Shown here: positions 20,829-31,080 of the stretch, one piece after another
Position numbering within the stretch: position 1 is the stretch's first letter
How the letters are laid out: each line of letters opens with the position of its first letter
DNA from: a virus
Length of the DNA stretch: 64,000 nt
IMG/VR virus record: IMGVR_UViG_3300042878_001497
Span: 1 to 64,000 of that record
Direction: 5' to 3' (one strand)
Position numbers and translations under genes: made by a program
Notes under the pieces: generated by a model
What the model was told of the DNA's origin: nothing
The model's database searches: none
What the model saw: only the letters and a program-made list of their open reading frames with translations

Positions 20829-21575
20829 ATGGAGTCAAAATTTAAGTTACCTACTGAAACAGTAGAACTTCCTTCAAAAGGTTTGCTATATCCCGAAGGT
20901 CATCCTCTAGCCGCCGGCAGTATTGAAATGAAATACATGACCGCAAAAGAGGAAGACATCCTAACCAACCAAAACTACATTAAGAACGGTACGGTTATTG
21001 ATAAGCTCCTACAGTCGATGATTATAACGGAGTTTAATTATGACGATTTGCTTATCGGTGATAAAAATGCTATCATGGTAGCTGCTCGTATCCTTTCATA
21101 CGGTAAGGACTATGAATTTAATTACGACGGATATCCTCAAAATGTAGATTTATCTACAATGGAGAATAAAGAACTTGATGAAAGTCTTTACACAAGAGGA
21201 CAAAACGAATTTACTTTTACACTACCTCATACCAGCAACGTAGTTACCTTCAAAGTACTTACTCACGGTGACGAAAAGAAGATTGACCAGGAAATTAAAG
21301 GTCTACAAAAGATTAACAAAGATAATATCTCAGAAGTTACTTCCCGTCTTAAGTACCTTATCACATCCGTTAACGGATCCTCAGATAAGAAAGATGTTAG
21401 AGACTTTGTAGAGCAGGGATTACTTGCTAGAGATGCAAGAGCACTCAGAGAAGAGTACACCAGAATAAGTCCGGATATCAACCTTAAGTTTACTTATACC
21501 GACGGTACAGGTGCAGAGAAGGAGGCTGCCCTGCCAATCGGAGTTAACTTTTTTTGGCCTGACGCCGCACTATAG
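20829..21575 (+). CDS. Baseplate hub assembly/tail chaperone (T4 gp26-like)
   Basis: VELPSKG..Y; MTAKEEDIL; ends in FFWP; located between tube and tape measure. Confidence 0.75.
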   Translation: MESKFKLPTETVELPSKGLLYPEGHPLAAGSIEMKYMTAKEEDILTNQNYIKNGTVIDKLLQSMIITEFNYDDLLIGDKNAIMVAARILSYGKDYEFNYDGYPQNVDLSTMENKELDESLYTRGQNEFTFTLPHTSNVVTFKVLTHGDEKKIDQEIKGLQKINKDNISEVTSRLKYLITSVNGSSDKKDVRDFVEQGLLARDARALREEYTRISPDINLKFTYTDGTGAEKEAALPIGVNFFWPDAAL

Positions 21576-21828
21576 AACCTCGGTATTTAATCAAATCCAT
21601 GAGATTGTATTTCATGGCAATGGAGGGTATACTTGGGAGACCGTTTACGGAATGCCGATCTGGCTTAGAAAGTTTACCTTTGAAAGTTTGAGAAAATACT
21701 ACGAAGAGAAGAAAGAAGCAGAAGAAGAAGCTTACAGTAAAGCTAAGGGAATTGAGAAAGCAGCCCCTACAGTTGCTAAGCCGAACATAAAACCTGCTAC
21801 TTACTCTACAAAGGTCCCTAAAAACTAG
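21547..21828 (+). CDS. Probable frameshift extension (T4 gp51-like) of the chaperone
   Basis: +1-frame ORF entered at the T7 run 21549-21555; YGMPIWLR motif. Confidence 0.6.
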   Translation, partial: TFFGLTPHYRTSVFNQIHEIVFHGNGGYTWETVYGMPIWLRKFTFESLRKYYEEKKEAEEEAYSKAKGIEKAAPTVAKPNIKPATYSTKVPKN

Positions 21829-21835
21829 GGACTTT
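21811..21835 (+). terminator. Hairpin, possible terminator before tape measure promoter
   Basis: AAGGTCCCTA-AAAAC-TAGGGACTTT. Confidence 0.5.
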
Positions 21836-21848
21836 CTATTTATAATAT

Positions 21849-24074
21849 ATGGCAGACGAAACTCCAAACATAGATCAGCAGTTTATCGACAGAGCTTCGG
21901 AGATTAAATCAATCTTCGGAGATATTGTTAGTTCTACTGCTAGTTTGAATCGTGCTTTGCGAACAGCTGGAGAAAGTACTACAAATATTGGTTCCACCTA
22001 TAGAGGACTTATAGCTTCTGCCAGTAAAGTAGCCGAGCTACAGGAACAGGCTAGACGAAGTAGCGAAGGCACTCAAAAAATTCTACAAGAGAAGTCAAAG
22101 ATTCAAAATAAAGAAAGAGAACTTACAGCAGAGATTAATAGATTAACTGCTACTGCTGTAAGACAGACTGGGCAAACTAGGGAAAATACACTAAAACTTG
22201 CTGAGAATCTTTCTAACGCTAGAAATGAGACTAGAGAGCTCGAAAAACTCTACCAGGAACTAGCTGATGAAGCTGCTCGACTGGATAAATCAACCCAGTT
22301 CTTCGGAACTCTTAGCACGTTCATCGGTACTATCCCAGGACTTAGAGCTTTTGCGGGACCTTTCAAGCAAGCCGAAGAAGCTGCAAGAAGGACAGTAGCA
22401 GCAGGCAAGTCGTCCGCCGAAGGATTTGCTGCCGGAGGAAAAGCTCTTGCTTCGAGCTTTAAGGAAATGCTAGGACCTGTTGCTGTGATCACAGGACTGG
22501 TAAAAGCTTTTCAGATGCTTGTACAGCTAGGATTCCAGGTAAGTAAGCAAGTTACTGAAATCGGGAAGTCAATGGGACTTTCGGAAGAGCAATCAAGACT
22601 CGTCAGAGATAATTTCGAAAGCATAAGCATAACCTCAGGAAATGTACTAGTAAACACTAATAGCTTATTTGAAGCACAGACACAATTACAGGATTCTTTA
22701 GGAGCTTCCGCAAGATTTACTAGAGGTCAGTTGGAAGATCAGATTATGCTGACCAAGCAAGTAGGTCTGCAAGCTGAATCAGCACAAGCTATTCAGGAGT
22801 TTGGACTTGCTAACGGTAAGACTGCAGAAGAGAATCTTGCAGCGATTGTAGGACAAACAGCCTCTCTTGCAAAACAAACAGGTATACAGCTTGATAATAG
22901 AAAAGTTATCTCCGATGTTGCTAAAGTAGAAGGTCAGTTAAGACTTATCTACCAAAATAACCCCGGACTTATTGCTAAAGCAGTAGTACAGGCCAAGCAG
23001 CTAGGCTTAACAGTTGAGCAGACTAAAAAAGCTGCTAAAGGTCTGCTAGATTTCGAGCAATCTATTGGAAATGAGTTAGAAGCAGAATTACTAACCGGTA
23101 AAGACCTTAATCTTGAAAGAGCTAGAGCACTAGCACTACAGGGTAAGACAGTTGAAGCAACAGCCGAAATTGCCCGCCAAGTAGGCTCTGCAGCTGAGTT
23201 TGGAAGAATGAACGTACTTCAGCAAGATGCCTTTGCGGACGCTGTAGGACTATCAGCAGACGAACTTGCTAACTCCTTAATACAGAGAGAAAACCTAGCT
23301 AAGCTAGGAACTCAGACTAGACAGGAAATTGAGCGTGAAGCAGAAGCTTTAAGAAAAAGAGGAGAGGTAGAAAAAGCAAACCAGCTTCTAGCCTCAATAG
23401 GTAACGAAGAAGAAGCTTTAGCTGCTCTAAAAAGAGTTGACGAGCAAGCTAAATTTAATGCAGCTGTTGAAAAACTCAAATCACTGTTTGCTGATCTAGC
23501 AGAACCTATTTCTAGAATTGTCGGCCCACTAGTCGGAGCTGTAGACTTCATGATGAAAGGTTTCCCGCTTATTGCAGGAGCAGCCGGAGCAATTGCCACA
23601 GCATTAGCACTCTCTGCAACCAGGGCAGGATTTTTAGCTATTCAAACATCAGTTGTAGCAATTCAGACAGCAATCGCAGCAGGTTCAGCAATTACCCTAG
23701 CTTCTGCTACAACCCTTGGAATAGGACTTGTCTCTATTGCAGCAGGCATTGCAACAGGTATGGCTGCTTTAAATCAAGCTCAAGAAGGAGCTGCTCAAAG
23801 TGCTGAACAAGCAGGGCCTAAAGTAGCTCTAGCGAAAGGCGGTATTGTAACCAAGCCAACCACAGCGCTTGTAGGTGAAGCAGGTCCTGAAGCTGTTGTG
23901 CCGTTAGATAAATCCTTGAATACTACAAGCAAAGGAGTAGAGAGTAGATTAGACGCACTAATTGCTGCAGTATCAAAAGGTGGTAATGTTTACATGGATA
24001 CCAATAAAGTAGGTCAGGTAAACAACATGCTAGGTTCTTATTCATACACAATGGGTAGCGCACAACTTGGATAA
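21849..24074 (+). CDS. Tape measure protein
   Basis: Ala/Gln-rich helical 741 aa; LAKGGIV...VGEAGPEAVVPL; canonical position. Confidence 0.85.
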   Translation: MADETPNIDQQFIDRASEIKSIFGDIVSSTASLNRALRTAGESTTNIGSTYRGLIASASKVAELQEQARRSSEGTQKILQEKSKIQNKERELTAEINRLTATAVRQTGQTRENTLKLAENLSNARNETRELEKLYQELADEAARLDKSTQFFGTLSTFIGTIPGLRAFAGPFKQAEEAARRTVAAGKSSAEGFAAGGKALASSFKEMLGPVAVITGLVKAFQMLVQLGFQVSKQVTEIGKSMGLSEEQSRLVRDNFESISITSGNVLVNTNSLFEAQTQLQDSLGASARFTRGQLEDQIMLTKQVGLQAESAQAIQEFGLANGKTAEENLAAIVGQTASLAKQTGIQLDNRKVISDVAKVEGQLRLIYQNNPGLIAKAVVQAKQLGLTVEQTKKAAKGLLDFEQSIGNELEAELLTGKDLNLERARALALQGKTVEATAEIARQVGSAAEFGRMNVLQQDAFADAVGLSADELANSLIQRENLAKLGTQTRQEIEREAEALRKRGEVEKANQLLASIGNEEEALAALKRVDEQAKFNAAVEKLKSLFADLAEPISRIVGPLVGAVDFMMKGFPLIAGAAGAIATALALSATRAGFLAIQTSVVAIQTAIAAGSAITLASATTLGIGLVSIAAGIATGMAALNQAQEGAAQSAEQAGPKVALAKGGIVTKPTTALVGEAGPEAVVPLDKSLNTTSKGVESRLDALIAAVSKGGNVYMDTNKVGQVNNMLGSYSYTMGSAQLG

Positions 24075-24076
24075 TT

Positions 24077-25309
24077 ATGCCGTTAATTAATTTACAAACC
24101 AACCTCAAGTCTCTTTCGTACAACGGAAACGGTCCGTACGTACAGAAAGATATTAACAATCCAGGTAACCCAGCATCAGGGTATATTCAAGGCAGGGTTG
24201 ACGACACTACTAGAATGCTAAGACTTTTAGCAGATAAAGGTGCTGTATTTACAGGCAAGCAAGCCCTACTGCTAGCAAGTACAAAAGGTCTAGGAGCTAT
24301 TCCTCAAGCAGCAAACATCCTAGCTAACATCATAGCACAGGTTCCTGTAAACGGAACAGGTACACACTTCCTACCAATTAGTGATTCAGCTTACTATACC
24401 GGGGTAACTAATGCAAGTTCAAGAGCATTGCAAGGCGGTGCTATCGGAACACCCTCAGGCAGGCCCTATAATAGACCTAGCCGTGCTGTAGATAGAGTAA
24501 GTGCCTACCAAAGAGCTAGCTTTACATCCGACCTAGGAGAGTATATCGACTATACACCCGGATTTGAATATACAAGACCTACAGAAGCTATTTTAGATGT
24601 CCAATCTAAATCAACAATAACAATTAATAGTTTCAAAGGTTCAGGTTCTTTAGATACTAGATACGGTTTTGCAGAAGCTAACAAATCCGATAAAGTAGGC
24701 TTACAGGATATCGATAACGAAACCTTAAGCGATTCAGTTCCTATTAAGTTTACCCTTTACAACGGAACAGATATTACAGCTACCCTAGTATTTAGGGGAT
24801 TTATTGAAAGTTTATCAGACGATATGTCCGGTAACTGGGATAATATTCGCTATATTGGTAGAGCAGAAGAACTATACAGCTACTCAGGCTTCTCTAGAGG
24901 AATAAACTTAAGCTTCCAAATACCGATATTCAGCTCTCAAGAACAAACTCCTGTACTAAATAAAGTAAATGCGTTGAAATCAGCAGTACTTCCTAAATAT
25001 AAAAATAACCTACCGGTTGCTACATTCTGCAAACTTAGAATAGGAGATTTGATTGGGGATGATACGACTTATGTAGTATTGACAGGAGTTAATCAGACTA
25101 TAGAGAACGATGTACCGTGGAGTGTAGGAAGCGACCTCTTACTACTACCGCAGCTGCACAAACTCTCAGTTAGTATGAAAGTACTTCACAAAGATATTCC
25201 TCAAGTTTGGAGTCCATTAGTAGGTAGACAGTTTTTAGGACACGACACAGCAGCACAGCAATTTAGAAATCAGCTTAGTACTGCATTATCTGTTTTTTAT
25301 AAGACATGA
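24077..25309 (+). CDS. Baseplate/tube-initiator-like protein
   Basis: FRGFIESLSD...W...YIGRAE..Y.Y.GFSR; follows tape measure. Confidence 0.6.
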   Translation: MPLINLQTNLKSLSYNGNGPYVQKDINNPGNPASGYIQGRVDDTTRMLRLLADKGAVFTGKQALLLASTKGLGAIPQAANILANIIAQVPVNGTGTHFLPISDSAYYTGVTNASSRALQGGAIGTPSGRPYNRPSRAVDRVSAYQRASFTSDLGEYIDYTPGFEYTRPTEAILDVQSKSTITINSFKGSGSLDTRYGFAEANKSDKVGLQDIDNETLSDSVPIKFTLYNGTDITATLVFRGFIESLSDDMSGNWDNIRYIGRAEELYSYSGFSRGINLSFQIPIFSSQEQTPVLNKVNALKSAVLPKYKNNLPVATFCKLRIGDLIGDDTTYVVLTGVNQTIENDVPWSVGSDLLLLPQLHKLSVSMKVLHKDIPQVWSPLVGRQFLGHDTAAQQFRNQLSTALSVFYKT

Positions 25310-25611
25310 GTAGATACAATTCCATACCTGTTACCAAGACCGACGACGGAACTGAATACAAACAGACTACTGTTTATGTAGCACCGGCAGCATCTACTCA
25401 AGACTACTACGTAATTACTACGGTAGGAGATCGCTTTGATATACTAGCCAAGCAATTCTACGGAGATTCAGATCTTTGGTGGATTATCGCTAGTGCAAAC
25501 CCGCAAGTTAGAAAAGACACTTTATTTATCGAACCAGGCCTACAGCTGAGAATACCTTCACAGGCAGGTCTAGCAGAAGAGCTTTTTAGAAAAGAAAATA
25601 GAGAAAGATAA
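25306..25611 (+). CDS. LysM-like baseplate wedge protein (gp53-like)
   Basis: GDRFDILAKQFYGDSDLWWIIASAN...GLQLRIP. Confidence 0.85.
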   Translation: MSRYNSIPVTKTDDGTEYKQTTVYVAPAASTQDYYVITTVGDRFDILAKQFYGDSDLWWIIASANPQVRKDTLFIEPGLQLRIPSQAGLAEELFRKENRER

Positions 25612-28565
25612 TGGGAGTTTTAAGAATTGGTGATGCATTTGATAAAGGTGTCTCTGACAGTATTGAACTAAGACAAGCAGTACTAGCTCAGTCTTCAGAA
25701 TTCAATGGAACTGTTTTAGATCCTCAATCTAGAATTAAGTATGTTAGTTCTAGAGTACCCTGGGTACGTCTAAGCTCCTCAGTATCTGTTACTCCTAATT
25801 CTTCAAAAGCTCAAATTTTCGGTAAGACAGGTACCGAACTTGCAAGAACAAATGTATTAGAAGGGTATAATCCCAATAATGATCCTACCGATCTAGCAGC
25901 AGGATATCAAAACACCCCACAGTTCGGTATCCGTCCAAAACCCGGTATTACTCAGGTCAGTATAAAAGCTCACCAGAGATTCGGTACCCTGAGAACAGCT
26001 AGCGTACAGTTTAAATGCTGGTCAGTAGAGCAGCTTGAGATAATGGACGTGCTCTATATGAGACCGGGGTATACAGTCCTTCTGGAGTTCGGTACAAGTA
26101 CCTACGTAGATTCAGATGGAAAAGTGAAGACGGACATGGTTCCGTTAAACCTATACGATAATTCTAAGAAGTGGACTAAAAACTCCTTACTTAATGCGAT
26201 CGAAACTAGAAAAAAAGATTACAACTACCAGTACGATGCTATTTTTGGATTTGTTAAAAACTTCTCTTGGAGTTTAAATCCTGATGGAAGTTACGAATGT
26301 ACAACTTCCATTATTACATTTGGAGAGATTATCGAATCATTAAAGTCAACGTTTACCTTCCCTTCTACCGCAAACAGAGAACAGGCACAGGAAGATGCCA
26401 AGAATAGTAGAAACAATTCTTTTACCGGCGGCCCGATAGGAAGTCTATTAGATAACTACTACTCAGAAAAGACAGTACTGCATTACGCTCTTACAACGCT
26501 AAAATCCTGGGCAGTAAGTGCAGCTGTAGTTTTTACTAATGCGGGTGGAGGAAACGCTCAAACAATTTCCGATAGAGCAGAGTACCTCTCTTTACCTAAA
26601 AAAGAAAAGCAAAAAATAGCTTTTAAAGCAGGTAAGAAGGTTAAAGATTATGCTGATACATTAGCAGAAGAAGGAGAGAATATAGCAACAGGTATTCAAC
26701 TATCTGCTCCTGATCTAGACGGACTTCTACAGGATGAAATAACTACATTATCCTCCACCGATAAAAGCATTCCCCAGCGAGAATTTAAATTAGATGTTCT
26801 CAATACTTTAGTAGATCAAGCTCCTTCCTACGGTAAATACATACTCGTTTCTACTAACATCACAGACCCTTCTCATTTTAAGCAACCTACCGATAGAGAT
26901 CCTGTCTACATAAAACTAGATACTTTCTTGACTATCCTAAATAAGCTAGCTCTTAAAAGCGGAGCTGATAATATCGTTACTTTTGATATAGACGAATCAG
27001 GCTACCGCAGGTACCGTTCTTTTGACTTACATTTTTCTGTTGACCCTAAAGTATGTTTTATTCCTCGGAGTACTATGCAACTGCTTTTGGGAATAGCAGA
27101 AGATTTTAAAGCTAAGGACCCTGACCTAGACACACCGTTAATCAGAAGTATCTGGCTTAACCTAGATCATATCCTACAGGTATACGATAGTAACTTTAGC
27201 AACAGTACTAATAATGAAGTTTCTATTTACGAACTAGTAATGAGTATTATGAAAGATGTTCAATCAGCTTTAGGGCAGATGAATGCTTTCGATATTGATT
27301 ATGATGAAGCTAGAGCAGTATACAGGATTGTAGACCGTAACTATATTCGTATTGATCCTACCCGTCCTAAGATCGAATTACTAGGAAATAAGTCCATAAT
27401 CCGAAATGTATCTTTAGAAAGTAAACTCTCTCCTAAGATTACAACCATGATTGCAATCTCGGCTCAAGCCGGTGCGGAATCTCTAGGAATGGAAGCAACA
27501 GCCTTCTCACAGTTAAACGAAGGACTTATAGATAATATAATCCCAGTTAAGGCTGACTTCACTTCAAAAGTAGTACCGATTGAAGGTGTAGAAGAAATTG
27601 AACTAGCAGGAGGAATCCCGTATAAGGTACTGAGATATTACGACGAAGTTTATAACCTGGGCAGAATTGTTGTAGAAGAAGATCCTGAAATAGTACGACA
27701 AACATACATGGAGTTTATCAATAGAGTTTCAGCAAAGACCGGTCGACAGGCTTCTTTTGTGATTCCGTTTGAATTAGGATTCACTTTAGACGGAACATCA
27801 GGAATGGTAATCGGAAGTAGTTTCGATATAAACCCTAATATACTGCCAGCTCCTTATAAAGTGAATAAAGATAAAGCTGCTGTAGCTTTTCTACTTACCG
27901 GAGTTGAACACACTATTAACCCGACCAGCTGGACTACCTCTTTAAGATCTCAGATGTTTATTTCTGAAGGTAAAACAGGTACGTACTTTACAGTAGGAGT
28001 AGCAGATGTACTAGACACTGCTAGAAAACAGGTTAAGCAGATAAGCTCTCCTTCTAGAGATCTTACCACTACTAGAGCTATAGAAGATCTGCATCCTAAA
28101 TTTAGAGACAAAATTACAGTACTTTTGACCCTACTTGAGAGAGATGGACTAAACACAGGAGTTGCCGCCACAGAATGGCAACCTACTATCGGTAACGGAT
28201 ATAGAAGCGTTTCAGATCAGGCTCAGAAATATAGAGAAGGTAAGAGCAAGGTTACTCTTGGGTTTCATAACGTAGTTGTAGGTACTTCAGATAATCCACG
28301 AAGAGCATCTTTAGCTGCTGATATTATAGACAGGAGGTATTCATGGAATCAGGTAAACGGATCCTACGATATTCCTGCAGAGTTCTTTAAAGCTGTTGGT
28401 AAATACGCCAAGCAGCTAGGACTAGAATGGGGAGGAGATTTCGCACAAACTGATCCAACTTGGAAAGAATATGGGATGGGCTGGGATGTTGCTCACGTAC
28501 AATATGCTGGAAAAGATAGAGCTACTCTAGTAGCAGAAGCAAGAAAAATTCACGGATTAGACTAG
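25611..28565 (+). CDS. Baseplate hub protein with C-terminal M15-family peptidoglycan peptidase
   Basis: Hub-like N-terminus; GYRS..Q, H..., AADI, GLEWGGDF, WDVAHVQ. Confidence 0.7.
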   Translation: MGVLRIGDAFDKGVSDSIELRQAVLAQSSEFNGTVLDPQSRIKYVSSRVPWVRLSSSVSVTPNSSKAQIFGKTGTELARTNVLEGYNPNNDPTDLAAGYQNTPQFGIRPKPGITQVSIKAHQRFGTLRTASVQFKCWSVEQLEIMDVLYMRPGYTVLLEFGTSTYVDSDGKVKTDMVPLNLYDNSKKWTKNSLLNAIETRKKDYNYQYDAIFGFVKNFSWSLNPDGSYECTTSIITFGEIIESLKSTFTFPSTANREQAQEDAKNSRNNSFTGGPIGSLLDNYYSEKTVLHYALTTLKSWAVSAAVVFTNAGGGNAQTISDRAEYLSLPKKEKQKIAFKAGKKVKDYADTLAEEGENIATGIQLSAPDLDGLLQDEITTLSSTDKSIPQREFKLDVLNTLVDQAPSYGKYILVSTNITDPSHFKQPTDRDPVYIKLDTFLTILNKLALKSGADNIVTFDIDESGYRRYRSFDLHFSVDPKVCFIPRSTMQLLLGIAEDFKAKDPDLDTPLIRSIWLNLDHILQVYDSNFSNSTNNEVSIYELVMSIMKDVQSALGQMNAFDIDYDEARAVYRIVDRNYIRIDPTRPKIELLGNKSIIRNVSLESKLSPKITTMIAISAQAGAESLGMEATAFSQLNEGLIDNIIPVKADFTSKVVPIEGVEEIELAGGIPYKVLRYYDEVYNLGRIVVEEDPEIVRQTYMEFINRVSAKTGRQASFVIPFELGFTLDGTSGMVIGSSFDINPNILPAPYKVNKDKAAVAFLLTGVEHTINPTSWTTSLRSQMFISEGKTGTYFTVGVADVLDTARKQVKQISSPSRDLTTTRAIEDLHPKFRDKITVLLTLLERDGLNTGVAATEWQPTIGNGYRSVSDQAQKYREGKSKVTLGFHNVVVGTSDNPRRASLAADIIDRRYSWNQVNGSYDIPAEFFKAVGKYAKQLGLEWGGDFAQTDPTWKEYGMGWDVAHVQYAGKDRATLVAEARKIHGLD

Positions 28566-28566
28566 T

Positions 28567-29163
28567 ATGTACCTGCCTAAATTTAAAGTAACAGAACCTC
28601 AGTACACTTACGGAGATGAATATGAGCTATCCACTACAGGACTAGTTTATACAGGCTTTTATTTTAAAAGCAGTACCGGACAAGCCTATACCGGTAAAGC
28701 ACCGGGAGACGGTGAAAACACGCTTTTAAATGTGAGTAGAGATTTTAGAACAGATTTTGAACGAGACCAGCCCTACCTAACGGACTATGATGTACTTGTA
28801 AACGATCCTAATTTATTTGCTTTAAGAAAAACTTTACCTTTACCTCCTCACTATCCGATGCCTTCTACACAGGAGAGTGCAATCATGCGATATTTTGCAA
28901 AAGAGAAAGTAACTGGTCAAATTATTGAGATTTCAAAATCTACATACCAAGCATTAAAAAAGAAATCCACTCTTTACTTTCATCCAGGTTACGATATTCT
29001 TGAAATGATGTGGATTATTCAAGGATCTGTTGAAGATACAACAAGTGGTGCTTATATTATACCGGGAATTAAATCAAAAAACAGAAAACAGCTAGAGCAA
29101 GCTGAGAAGACACTACCCGGTATATCAGCAGTATTAACCGACTTAGCACAGTTTGCGCAATGA
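28567..29163 (+). CDS. Hypothetical tail-module protein
   Basis: ORF at end of tail operon. Confidence 0.6.
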   Translation: MYLPKFKVTEPQYTYGDEYELSTTGLVYTGFYFKSSTGQAYTGKAPGDGENTLLNVSRDFRTDFERDQPYLTDYDVLVNDPNLFALRKTLPLPPHYPMPSTQESAIMRYFAKEKVTGQIIEISKSTYQALKKKSTLYFHPGYDILEMMWIIQGSVEDTTSGAYIIPGIKSKNRKQLEQAEKTLPGISAVLTDLAQFAQ

Positions 29164-29180
29164 AACTTCTTTCGTATATT
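29153..29180 (+). promoter_or_regulatory. Host sigmaA-type promoter TTG-N19-TATATT for replication module
   Basis: Recurrent motif, directly upstream of the polA-like gene. Confidence 0.6.
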
Positions 29181-29203
29181 AGGAAAGGTTATGGAAATGG
29201 GTT

Positions 29204-30544
29204 ATGTTTTATATCGTCGAGAGTCAAGAGCAGTTTAACTACCTACAAGCCCTTGGTAGACAAGGTGGCTATGTCGAGATCGTTTCAGGTAACGACTACT
29301 ACCATCCTATACTTAATACTGCTGTTTGTGTTTACGTACGCCCTAACCAACACGACTCCGGATACATTATTCCCGTAAATCATTCCGAAGGAATTAACGT
29401 ACCTAAAGAACGCATACAGCAGTTATTAAACTGCTTTACTACCCTATATACGTTTAATAAGAAGAACTTCTTATATCATTTCTCTCACGGTAATATCAAC
29501 GATATTAACCTGATGTACTCTATGGCAGAGTACGAGAGTTTGGAACTACCGAACCCTCCTCAGGTTATAAGCTGGTACTATAATCATTACAGGGATAAGC
29601 CCGACCTAAACTCTATCATCCCTATCTCTAAATTATTTGAGAGATGTGAGAGAAATTACAGATCCCTAGAGGAAGTCATTACCGAGTATAGTTATATACT
29701 GGAGCTACCGGCCTGGGAGTTCTACAACCGGTTAACTACCGGAGTTTTTTATTTAGCTGAACAATCTGGAATTAGAATTATTTATGACAAATTTATTGAA
29801 AAGTTTACTCCTGCGAATCCAAAATTTAGCATTTCAGATAACATTTGCTTTACTAGCTACAATCTGTATAATCCCACTAGCCGTCCTACTTCTGCCTTTA
29901 ATAGTGTTAACTTCGCCGCGATCCCCAAAAAAGACGAGTACCGAAAATGCTTTATCCCGCGTAGTGGACGATTTGTAGAGTTTGACTTTGACGGCTACCA
30001 CATCCGTCTGATTGCAGAGATTCTAGGATACGAGTTTACACCTGAAAGTGTTCATACCCAGCTAGGACGTCTGTACTTCAATAAAGAGGAATTAACCGAA
30101 GACGAATACCGTCAATCCAAGACCAATACCTTCCAGATCATGTACGGAGGTGTGCCGGACAAATGGCGTCATATCGAATTCTTTGATAGGGTATCTATTT
30201 ACACTACCCAGTTATGGAAGGAGTTCCTTGAGAACGGAGTCGTATATGCTCCTATCTCCAAGAAGCCCTTTTATAGTACCCTAAAGGATATGAATCCTCA
30301 GAAACTTTTTAATTATGTCATCCAGAGCTTGGAAACTAGCCGGAACGTTCTTATATTAAAAGAGGTGCTAAAGTACCTCCAAGCCAAAAAAACAAAGGTT
30401 ACGTTATATACTTATGATGCTATCTTGTTTGACTTCTTCCTTGAGGACGGTAAAGAGACGTTAGAGAATCTAAAGAAAATCCTAGAACAGGGGGGAAAAT
30501 ATCCTGTTAAGTTTAAGTTTGGCAATAATCTAGTTTTAGACTAG
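29204..30544 (+). CDS. polA: Small atypical family A DNA polymerase
   Basis: TSRPTS..VNF..IPK; motif A DFDGYHIRL; motif B RQSKTNTFQIMYG; motif C YTYDAILFD. Confidence 0.75.
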   Translation: MFYIVESQEQFNYLQALGRQGGYVEIVSGNDYYHPILNTAVCVYVRPNQHDSGYIIPVNHSEGINVPKERIQQLLNCFTTLYTFNKKNFLYHFSHGNINDINLMYSMAEYESLELPNPPQVISWYYNHYRDKPDLNSIIPISKLFERCERNYRSLEEVITEYSYILELPAWEFYNRLTTGVFYLAEQSGIRIIYDKFIEKFTPANPKFSISDNICFTSYNLYNPTSRPTSAFNSVNFAAIPKKDEYRKCFIPRSGRFVEFDFDGYHIRLIAEILGYEFTPESVHTQLGRLYFNKEELTEDEYRQSKTNTFQIMYGGVPDKWRHIEFFDRVSIYTTQLWKEFLENGVVYAPISKKPFYSTLKDMNPQKLFNYVIQSLETSRNVLILKEVLKYLQAKKTKVTLYTYDAILFDFFLEDGKETLENLKKILEQGGKYPVKFKFGNNLVLD

Positions 30545-30559
30545 TAAATTATATTTATA

Positions 30560-31015
30560 ATGGAAGTTAAATTCCCACCTATATCCGGTTATGACTTCGT
30601 CAGTGAAACCTTAACCTGGAATGACGACATGAGTAATAAACTGTTCTGTACCTTTACCACAGAAGAACATCTTGAAGAACTAATCTCTACGATCAGTAAG
30701 AGGTATACTATTCTATATAGCAAGATTTTTGTACTCCATGCAAAAAGCAACGATGAGTTTATTTGCACTTATAACGTTGACTTTAACAACGTTGCTAACT
30801 TTTTAGATAATACGATTTTGGTTCATCGTAAAAAAGAATCTAACACCCTTTACACTATCAACGCCCTTAACACGCTCATCAAAGAGCTGAATGACGGGTA
30901 CCTTGACCCCAGCTACAAAGTAGACTGGAACGACTACCGCAACTGCATCTTGCTGACCCGCGGTAATGAACTAAAACGAATCAATACCAGACTCCACAAA
31001 ATAGTTGAGCTGTAA
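30560..31015 (+). CDS. Hypothetical protein in replication module
   Basis: HRKKESNTLYTINALN; true start may be the internal MSNKLFCTF. Confidence 0.65.
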   Translation: MEVKFPPISGYDFVSETLTWNDDMSNKLFCTFTTEEHLEELISTISKRYTILYSKIFVLHAKSNDEFICTYNVDFNNVANFLDNTILVHRKKESNTLYTINALNTLIKELNDGYLDPSYKVDWNDYRNCILLTRGNELKRINTRLHKIVEL

Positions 31016-31016
31016 G

Positions 31017-31045
31017 TTGGATCGTAAAGGTTTTTTTCTTAAATT
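31017..31045 (+). promoter_or_regulatory. Host sigmaA-type promoter TTG-N20-TAAATT
   Basis: Recurrent motif upstream of SSB. Confidence 0.55.
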
Positions 31046-31080
31046 AGTTATGTAACAGTTATTAATCAGTTATTATTATT

